Shown here piece after piece: positions 35,518-42,658 of a DNA stretch of 42,658 nucleotides (its first letter is position 1; each line of letters starts with the position of its first letter). Position numbers and translations under genes: made by a program. The stretch is from a virus, in UHGV virus genome UHGV-0147540; one strand, written 5' to 3'. The notes beneath the pieces were generated by a model. It saw only the letters and a program-made list of their open reading frames with translations. It made no database searches and was not told the origin of the DNA.

Positions 35518-35916
35518 ATGAGTGCGAACTATGTAAAAATTAATGGTCAGCCCTTCGACGCCAAAGTAGCGATTTCGGACTATGAAGAAAACTTTAACGT
35601 GCTGGATGGAGAAAATGCCGGGCGAGTGAAGAATGGAAGCATGGTCAGGGATGTCATAGGTACATATATTGGGCATAAAATTACCTTTTTCAGCGCTGGT
35701 AACATAGGGGAATTTGACGCCCTGTGGGATTACCTGGTGCAGCACTCTGTGGATGACTTTGTAACACTCGAAGCCGCCGATGGGCAAAGCACCATTATAT
35801 ACGAAGCATATTATACATCCGGCAAAAGAAAAATACGAACGGTGCAGGACGATGTAAACTACTGGGACGAAATAGAAGTCAATTTTGTTCCAGTTAACCC
35901 GCAGGTGACGCCATGA
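35518..35916 (+). CDS. Distal tail protein-like
   Basis: Follows TMP; DGENAGRVKNGSMVRD. Confidence 0.65.
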   Translation: MSANYVKINGQPFDAKVAISDYEENFNVLDGENAGRVKNGSMVRDVIGTYIGHKITFFSAGNIGEFDALWDYLVQHSVDDFVTLEAADGQSTIIYEAYYTSGKRKIRTVQDDVNYWDEIEVNFVPVNPQVTP

Positions 35917-38036
35917 GCTATAAAATTATATATGGGGACCGGACATTTACAGCCAAGGATATCAAGGAGGGACATTGTTTTATCGGCAATTCCATTGCTG
36001 GAGATGAGCTCACAATTGATACCTTGGATGTGACGGTGAAAAGCTTCGACACGCAGTTTTTCCCGCTGACGGACTCGGACGGGTATCTCCTGTGTGATTC
36101 AAACGGACACTTCCTTGTAGCCAGGCCCAGACTGGATGATCTGACACAGTATGTCTATGGCGAGCCAGTATATTACTACCATGACGATGTGCTGATCGGT
36201 AAGTTTTTTCTGTCCTCTGTAATGCGGGTGGGACTAATCCATTATAAGCTCTCCTGCATTTCAGGGGTCGGCCTGCTGGACAATACCCAGCATTACGGCG
36301 GTATGTACACGGGACAAGCCTTGTCCGATGTAGTCGCGGATATTATTTCCGGCACGGTAGAGTACAGCATAGACGAGGCATATCAAAGCATCCCAGTCTA
36401 TAACTGGCTGCCCATCGGGACGCGAAGAGAAAACCTCCATCAGCTTTTGTTTGTGATGGGGCTCGCGCTGAAAAAAGACGCAAACGGAATTATACGGATC
36501 ACAGCTCTCACAGACAGCGATCCAGCGGAAATCGAAGAGAGCCGTTTGTTTTCGGGCGGCAGCATTGATTACAACACACCGTCCACAGCGGTTTCGGTTG
36601 CGGAGCACACATACATAGCATTTGCATCCGACGAGACGGCCACGTTGTTTTCGGGCGAGGCGGCGGCGGAAGATATCATTACTCCCAATGGATTCAATGT
36701 ATCTGGTGTGCTTGTGCCGTTTGATGACCCGATACATGATCTTCGGATTGACAACGGGGAAATTTTAGAGAGCGGCGTAAACTACGCCGTACTGGCACAG
36801 AGCGCAGATTGCCTCCTCACCGGTCAAAAGTATACGCACATTGTACGGGAAGTTTTACGCGGCGAGGCCGGGGCCAGCAAGGACAACACCGCTACTGTTA
36901 CGGACGCGACGCTTGTAAATCTGGCAAATTCCGAAAATGTGGCCGAGCGCGTACTTGCTTACTACAGCAACGCGCGCACTGTCTCCAATGATCTTGTGGT
37001 CGGTACGGAACGTCCAGGCGACCCAATAAGCATGGATGACCCGTTTGGCGATCCAATAACGGGCATTATAAAGTCCATGGATATCAATATATCCAATTTG
37101 CTCAGAGCGCAAACCGAATTTGTGGAGGGGTACACACCCACCGGAATTGGCAATTATTATGAGCACCTGCGTATCTTCACCGAAGATGAGACGATCACAA
37201 TCCCGGCAGAGGCAAAGGGTAAGGCGCGCCTTGTCCTCATCTCAGGCGGCCAAGGCGGTGCATCAGGCGAAAAAGGCGCAGACGGCACCAACGAAAGTAA
37301 AAGCGATGGAAACGGCGGTAAGCCTGGTGCGGGTGGTAAAGCTGGTAAGGGCGGTTCCGGAGGCCGTATTTACATTGCTACGATCTCGGTAACTCCGGGA
37401 CAAACCTTTGTGGTGAAAATTGGACGAGGCGGAGTCTTCGGTGCCTACTCAGAAGAGGGATCACAAGAGGGTTCGCTTGGCGGGGACACCACTTTTGGAG
37501 AATACTCTACCGCAAATGGCCGTGCGTCTGAGACCGGATTTGTCGAAATGTTCAGCGGGGTCGCATACGGGCTGTCCGGTGATGACGGTGTGGACGGAGG
37601 CAGCGGCAGTGGAGAAGACGGCGAGGGAGAAAGCGTCGTATATAATGGCGTTACATACACACCTGGCGCGCAGGGAGAAACCGCGAGATACGAGAGCAGC
37701 AAAATGACCGTTGTAGGTATTGGCGGCTATGGCGGCGGTGCAGCAGCAGGTCACAACGGAAAAGACGGCGACTCAGGCTCCGCTACTTATAACGGCGGAG
37801 ATGGATACGGCACCGGCGGCGACGGTGGCGCTGGCGCGGATGCGGACGCTCCAGCCACTACTCAGTACCGTGGCAGAGGCGGAACGGGCGGCAACGGCGG
37901 TGGCGGCGGCGGTGCAGCGGGAGGCGCGTCGAATAACAATGTAACAAACAATAAATGGGATGGCGAGAACGGTATCGGCGGTGCGGGAAGCCGTGGCGGT
38001 ACTGGAGGGCTCGGAATTGCCTTTTTGTATTATTGA
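35913..38036 (+). CDS. Tail hub/baseplate protein with Gly-rich C-terminal domain
   Basis: 707 aa; GG-rich repeats from about residue 440. Confidence 0.75.
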   Translation: MSYKIIYGDRTFTAKDIKEGHCFIGNSIAGDELTIDTLDVTVKSFDTQFFPLTDSDGYLLCDSNGHFLVARPRLDDLTQYVYGEPVYYYHDDVLIGKFFLSSVMRVGLIHYKLSCISGVGLLDNTQHYGGMYTGQALSDVVADIISGTVEYSIDEAYQSIPVYNWLPIGTRRENLHQLLFVMGLALKKDANGIIRITALTDSDPAEIEESRLFSGGSIDYNTPSTAVSVAEHTYIAFASDETATLFSGEAAAEDIITPNGFNVSGVLVPFDDPIHDLRIDNGEILESGVNYAVLAQSADCLLTGQKYTHIVREVLRGEAGASKDNTATVTDATLVNLANSENVAERVLAYYSNARTVSNDLVVGTERPGDPISMDDPFGDPITGIIKSMDINISNLLRAQTEFVEGYTPTGIGNYYEHLRIFTEDETITIPAEAKGKARLVLISGGQGGASGEKGADGTNESKSDGNGGKPGAGGKAGKGGSGGRIYIATISVTPGQTFVVKIGRGGVFGAYSEEGSQEGSLGGDTTFGEYSTANGRASETGFVEMFSGVAYGLSGDDGVDGGSGSGEDGEGESVVYNGVTYTPGAQGETARYESSKMTVVGIGGYGGGAAAGHNGKDGDSGSATYNGGDGYGTGGDGGAGADADAPATTQYRGRGGTGGNGGGGGGAAGGASNNNVTNNKWDGENGIGGAGSRGGTGGLGIAFLYY

Positions 38037-38045
38037 GGTGATAGC

Positions 38046-39008
38046 GTGGCAAGTATTATAAAAAAACTGATCAACGGGATTTTGAGCGACGTAATACAGC
38101 TCGAACACTCCGCCCAAGATATCGATGACGCCATAACCAAAACATCTCAGCTCACAGGGCGTAATCTGCTGGACAATTGGTACTTTGCGGACCCGATCAA
38201 TCAGCGGGGAAAAACGAGTTACACTGGCGCGGTATATGGGATTGACCGCTGGCGTAGTTCTGCCGGGAACACGATTGCCGTTGAACCCTCTGGGATGCGC
38301 ATCACAGGGAGTAATGATACCTCATTTTCGAACATGATTCAGCAAAATTTTCCAGAAGAGCTGCTAAATGCTCTGGACGGGAAAACCGTTACAGCGTCTA
38401 TCCTTGTATCCGAGAATACGGGCGGTGGAGCTGTAGCCGCCAGGCTGGGGGCAACCGCTGGAAGTACTATTACGACGGGGCTGCCTACACTTACGGCGAC
38501 ATTTAATAAGAGCTCACATTCCTATTTTTGTATCCAGTGTGCCACCCCAAAAACCGCAAATTTCGTAGTTCAGGCGGTTAAACTCGAGCTCGGCACTCAA
38601 CAGACCTTAGCGCGAAAGGCTGTAGACGGTACGTGGGTACTGATCGACCCGCCGCCTAATAAGGCGGAAGAGCTAGCTAAGTGTCAGAGGTATTTCTACA
38701 GAAAAAAAGGCACTGATTCCTATTCAAATTATGGCAACGGTTATATCAACTCCGCAAATGGTGCATTTATTTTCGTTAATGCGCCAGAAATGCGAGTTGC
38801 GCCGACTGTTGCGGCAAGCGGCAATTTTAGATTAAGCACGCCAGGAACAGCAATTTCAGTTACTTCAATTTCTTCCGGCGGGGCATCCACTAATGGGTTT
38901 AATAGGATTTCTGCATCTGCTACAAACTCGTTAACATCTAATACGCCGGTAATGCTGCAAGCAAACAATGACGCGTCTACATACATTGACTTTTCCGCAG
39001 ACCTATAA
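38046..39008 (+). CDS. Tail fibre / receptor-binding protein
   Basis: NLLDNWYF..INQRG..IDRW, KLELG, EELAKCQRYF; AT-richer C-terminal module. Confidence 0.7.
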   Translation: MASIIKKLINGILSDVIQLEHSAQDIDDAITKTSQLTGRNLLDNWYFADPINQRGKTSYTGAVYGIDRWRSSAGNTIAVEPSGMRITGSNDTSFSNMIQQNFPEELLNALDGKTVTASILVSENTGGGAVAARLGATAGSTITTGLPTLTATFNKSSHSYFCIQCATPKTANFVVQAVKLELGTQQTLARKAVDGTWVLIDPPPNKAEELAKCQRYFYRKKGTDSYSNYGNGYINSANGAFIFVNAPEMRVAPTVAASGNFRLSTPGTAISVTSISSGGASTNGFNRISASATNSLTSNTPVMLQANNDASTYIDFSADL

Positions 39009-39020
39009 GGAGGCAACAAC

Positions 39021-39374
39021 ATGGAAGGGACAAAATCCAAAGTGTACGTCCTCCTTGACGGGGACAAGATCATCCGCTGCGAGGGCGGGTATACCATGAG
39101 CAACATCCAGGACATTGACGCCTGGACGTACATCGACGAGGGCAGCGGCGACCGCTACAACCTGTGCCAAATCCACTACTTTGACGGGGGCTTATACACT
39201 GACGATGGCATCACCCGGTATAAGCTGGAGGACGGTCATGCAGCAGCACGTACCGATGAGGAGATCGAGGCGGACCGTGCAGCGCTGCCCAAGCCATGCC
39301 CTCCTGACCTTGCGTCTCGCGTGGAAGCGCTAGAGGAGATCACCGCAGCAATTGAGAGAGGGCTATCCACATGA
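39021..39374 (+). CDS. Tail-associated hypothetical protein
   Basis: AAGGAGG RBS; IDEGSGDRY motif. Confidence 0.65.
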   Translation: MEGTKSKVYVLLDGDKIIRCEGGYTMSNIQDIDAWTYIDEGSGDRYNLCQIHYFDGGLYTDDGITRYKLEDGHAAARTDEEIEADRAALPKPCPPDLASRVEALEEITAAIERGLST

Positions 39375-40586
39375 GACTAAGAGCAACAGGCCAAACGCTG
39401 GAGTTAGTAGAGTCTGAACGACTGGTCTCCGGGTCGGTAGAAATCTATACGGCAGAATTTGAGTTTGACGCGGCCTGGGATGGGTATGCAAAAACAGCGG
39501 TATTTACGGACGATATGGGCCGCAGTGCTGAGGTCGCATTGGCAGAAAATACATGCACAATCCCGTGGGAAATCCTTCGGGCGGGCAAGTACATCCATGT
39601 AGGCGTATATGGAGTAAATGGGGACAAGCGATATCCAACGATCTACACGGCAAATGGACTCAGGGTCTTTGAGGGCGCATTGCCCGCAAACCCATCTCAA
39701 CCTCCAAGCCCCACAGAGTATGAGCAGCTATTGAGCATGATCGGAGACACGTCGGCCCTCAAAACCACGGACAAGTCCTCTTTGGTTGCGGCAATCAATG
39801 AGATATACCAAGCAGGCGGCGGCGGAAAGTCCGTTACAGATGCCCAAGTAAATGAGGACGGCGACCTTATCATCACCCTGTCAGACGGCACCACCATCAA
39901 CGCGGGGCATGTAGTGGGCGCGGATGGTGTGCAAGGACCGGAAGGACCTCAAGGGCCGCCTGGCACGGAAGGAGAGCAGGGACCAGCGGGGCCCAAGGGA
40001 GACACCGGGGGGGCAAGGCCCGCAGGGGCCAAAAGGTGACACCGGAGACACCGGCCCGCAGGGTCCCGCAGGTGCGGATGGCGTCGGCCTCCCCACGGTG
40101 ACCGCAGAGGACAACGGCATGTATGCGGGCGTGGTGGACGGAGCGTGGGGCAAGGTGAGCGCGCCGGGTGGGGGCGGAGAGTGGAACACACTGCTTAATA
40201 CTACCCTTACCGAGGATGTTCAGGCCGTATCAGTTTCGGTTCCGGATACAGCAAAGACAGTCAGGATATCGGTAAAGCTATCCCCCAGCAACAACCAAAG
40301 CGAGTCTGGCCCAATGGTAACGACTATATGTGGGTCAGAAATAGCGAGGTGGCCCACCTTTGTACCGACACAAGACAATTCGGCTAGTCACTCGGATTAC
40401 GGGACTGAATTGATAGTTTTAGATATTGGCGCATTTCGCATTGCTGGTACTTTCAGCAAGGGCGAGGCCGCTTGGTCCACGGGGGTTCTTGGGACAGTTC
40501 GCTCTAACGGTCAAGAGGTGCGGCTACATACCTGGGGGACAAGTTATTTTGGCACGGGAAGTATCTTTTTAGTGGAGGCAATGTGA
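39371..40586 (+). CDS. BppU-like baseplate / collagen-repeat fibre protein split by a G7 frameshift at 40007-40013
   Basis: BppU-like N-terminus, TTDKSSLVAAINE, Gly-X-Y repeats continuing in the +1 frame (GQGPQGPKGDTG...). Confidence 0.75.
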
Positions 40587-40587
40587 A

Positions 40588-40758
40588 ATGAGAATCTGCG
40601 ATAACGGCATCTACCGCGACGCAACAGCAGAAGAGCTCGCGGAGCTGGAGGCCATGAGACAGGCCCAGCCTCCCATCTCGCCCACAGAGGCGGAACGGCT
40701 CTCCGCGCTGGAGGCGGCCATGCTGGAGCTGATGATGGGAGGGACAGGCGATGGTTGA
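40588..40758 (+). CDS. Small tail-fibre-associated protein (56 aa), not in the ORF track
   Basis: GGAGG RBS; MRICDNGIYRDATAEE...ERLSALEAAMLEL. Confidence 0.65.
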   Translation: MRICDNGIYRDATAEELAELEAMRQAQPPISPTEAERLSALEAAMLELMMGGTGDG

Positions 40759-40879
40759 GTTTATCCGCATCCAGTATCGTCTGGGCCGTCTGACGGCGGA
40801 GCAGGTGCGCTCCATGGCCCCGAAGTGGATCACTGCCGATCAGGCGGAAGAGATCGTGGGGGGTGGCGTACCGTGCTGA
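40751..40879 (+). CDS. XkdX-like small protein (42 aa), not in the ORF track
   Basis: MVEFIRIQYRLGRLTAEQV...WITADQAEEI. Confidence 0.6.
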   Translation: MVEFIRIQYRLGRLTAEQVRSMAPKWITADQAEEIVGGGVPC

Positions 40880-41943
40880 TGAACGGATTTCAGGGGAGTA
40901 TCGAAGGGGCGGAGCTGCCCGCGCTGACCGACCCGGCCAGTTCCGGGGATATCCTCGCGGGCAAACAGGCCATCAACCAGACAGGCGGGATGATTACGGG
41001 GACGCTGGTACCGCTGGATACCTCGGACGCCACTGCTGCGGCGGGGGACCTGCTGTCCGGCAAAACGGCCTACGTCAATGGGGAGAAGCTGACGGGCGTC
41101 ATGGCAAACCAGGGCGCCAAGACGGCGGCCATCAACGCGGGCGGGTCCTACACCATTCCAGCGGGGTATCACAACGGCGCCGGGCAGGTGACGGCCAACA
41201 GCTTGTCCACCCAGACGCAGGGAACGGCGACGGAGGCGGACCTCGCGGACGGGAAGACGGCATGGGTGAACGGGACAAAAATCACGGGGGCCCACCAGTG
41301 CCCGACATTGGAGAGCATGACCTCGGATGCGACCGCGGCGGCGGGGGATATTTTATCTGGTAAGACCGCATATGCCGACGGGGTAAAAGTAACTGGCAGT
41401 ATGGTATCTAGAAATACTGCTATTACCTATCTCGACTGCGGTCAAGCTCATACGATTCCAAAGGGCTATCATCCCGGAACAGAAAAAGTACAAGCAAACT
41501 TTCTATCCACCCAAACAGCCGGGACCGCTGTAGCCGCTGATATCGCCAGCGGTAAAACCTGGGTAAAAGGTGTTCAAATTACCGGGACCGCAGATATAAA
41601 AAGCGAGACGTTAGTTAAAACCCTGGACACCACAAACTTTGTAGGTAATTTCGACATACTGACAGCCGCAGAAGTAACGTCAGGACTTTATTTAAAGGTC
41701 AAATGTGGAATCAATGTAACCTATATGGCGCTTGACACTGCTATAGCGAATGGTACTACATCAACTTATATCGGAGCTATTGGGAAAAACGATAGCACTT
41801 CCCAATATTGTATTTGTTTTAGAGCTAAAGCTAAAAGCACCTCAGACGCTGGAATAAATGTTACAACCTTAAAAAATGGGAGCAGCACTCTATACATTTC
41901 TGACGCTGGGATAAGCACAGTTTGGGTGGTGAAACTCACCTAA
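40873..41943 (+). CDS. Repeat-containing tail fibre-like protein
   Basis: Five DATA/GTA..DIL.GKTAYVNG.KITG repeats, TIPAGYHNG; AT-richer C-terminal domain. Confidence 0.75.
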   Translation: MLMNGFQGSIEGAELPALTDPASSGDILAGKQAINQTGGMITGTLVPLDTSDATAAAGDLLSGKTAYVNGEKLTGVMANQGAKTAAINAGGSYTIPAGYHNGAGQVTANSLSTQTQGTATEADLADGKTAWVNGTKITGAHQCPTLESMTSDATAAAGDILSGKTAYADGVKVTGSMVSRNTAITYLDCGQAHTIPKGYHPGTEKVQANFLSTQTAGTAVAADIASGKTWVKGVQITGTADIKSETLVKTLDTTNFVGNFDILTAAEVTSGLYLKVKCGINVTYMALDTAIANGTTSTYIGAIGKNDSTSQYCICFRAKAKSTSDAGINVTTLKNGSSTLYISDAGISTVWVVKLT

Positions 41944-42028
41944 TGCATAATGCATACTAAGCTCGCCGCCTATGGCAATGGCTGTTCTTATAATTTGGAA
42001 ATCTAATGACAGAAAGGATGAAGCAGAG

Positions 42029-42352
42029 ATGAAACACCTCTACGAGTACATCAACGAGATCATGGATATCGCCGAAGTCAATCACGCGGAGCCGCAGAAC
42101 GCCAAGGATATGTTTTTGGCCAACATCCAGAACGCCGGGGACCCCACGCTGCCCCACTACAGGGACGCGGGGAATGTGGACTACGCCGCGCTGGCGGAGG
42201 ATCTGCCCAGACTGATCAATGAGGGAGCGCCCCTCACTCAGGCGGTATTTGACCACTACAAGGCGCTGGTGGAGCTACACAGGGCCGGGCGGTACGCCGA
42301 GGCGGTGGAGCTGATGCGCGGGGCTGTGGAGGCGGCTGAGGGCGATGAGTAA
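42029..42352 (+). CDS. Hypothetical protein
   Basis: GAAAGGA RBS; stop overlaps the endolysin start. Confidence 0.65.
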   Translation: MKHLYEYINEIMDIAEVNHAEPQNAKDMFLANIQNAGDPTLPHYRDAGNVDYAALAEDLPRLINEGAPLTQAVFDHYKALVELHRAGRYAEAVELMRGAVEAAEGDE

Positions 42353-42658
42353 GTACGTCGCCTCCATCCCACTGGGGGACATCGAGCGCGTCCAGATATA
42401 CATCAACAAGTCGGTCAAGACCCTGGCCGAGATCAAGGCGGAGACCGGGGCGGACTATCTGATTAACGGCGGACTGTACCAGGGGCCCAAGGCTGTGTGC
42501 CACCTTCGGGCGGATGGGCGGACCTATGCTAAGGACCCGTATACCTACTGGGGCTATGCCTGGGACACGGGACCGGAGATCACCCTGCGCTCTGTCCCTG
42601 CGGCAGAGCGGCGGAACTACATCTGCTGCGTGTGTCTGCTGCGGGGCGGGCGGGCCGA
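42345..42658 (+). CDS. Endolysin 5' part (wraps to position 1)
   Basis: ATG 42345, MSKYVASIPLGDIER...DYLINGGLY; open to the end and in frame with 2..1033. Confidence 0.85.
   Translation, partial: MSKYVASIPLGDIERVQIYINKSVKTLAEIKAETGADYLINGGLYQGPKAVCHLRADGRTYAKDPYTYWGYAWDTGPEITLRSVPAAERRNYICCVCLLRGGRA

Noticed and set aside
38046..41943. Diversity-generating retroelement acting on tail fibres
   Set aside because: No reverse transcriptase in the genome and no TR/VR pair differing at adenines was seen

Overview
The window is a complete, circularly closed ~42.7 kb temperate siphovirus genome. The endolysin ORF starting at 42345 runs in frame across the end/start junction into 1..1033, and an intact attP-like inverted repeat lies beside the large serine integrase. 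Gene content and sigmaA/LexA-type signals point to a Bacillota host, probably gut Clostridia such as Oscillospiraceae (inference). Gene order: lysis (42345-1581); an 8-9 gene accessory operon of unknown function (1642-5442); attP and serine integrase; a type I toxin with a tandem two-unit antisense RNA; an SOS-box antisense promoter and membrane-anchored HTH; CI/Cro switch; early, recombination and replication genes (ERF, SSB, initiator with iterons, DnaB, RusA, PAPS-reductase-like, C5-methyltransferase); an inverted anti-CRISPR/anti-defence-like cassette with inter-gene repeats (20204-21490); a ~550 nt structured late leader with a tRNA-like element; then packaging, head, tail and fibre genes. 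The most notable items are the accessory operon (papain-like protease, Q-rich and RG/Y-rich proteins, a membrane coiled-coil protein and a BclA-CTD-like protein), the acr-aca-like cassette, several structured RNA elements, and three reading-frame anomalies. All family assignments come from motif recognition only; no database searches were run.
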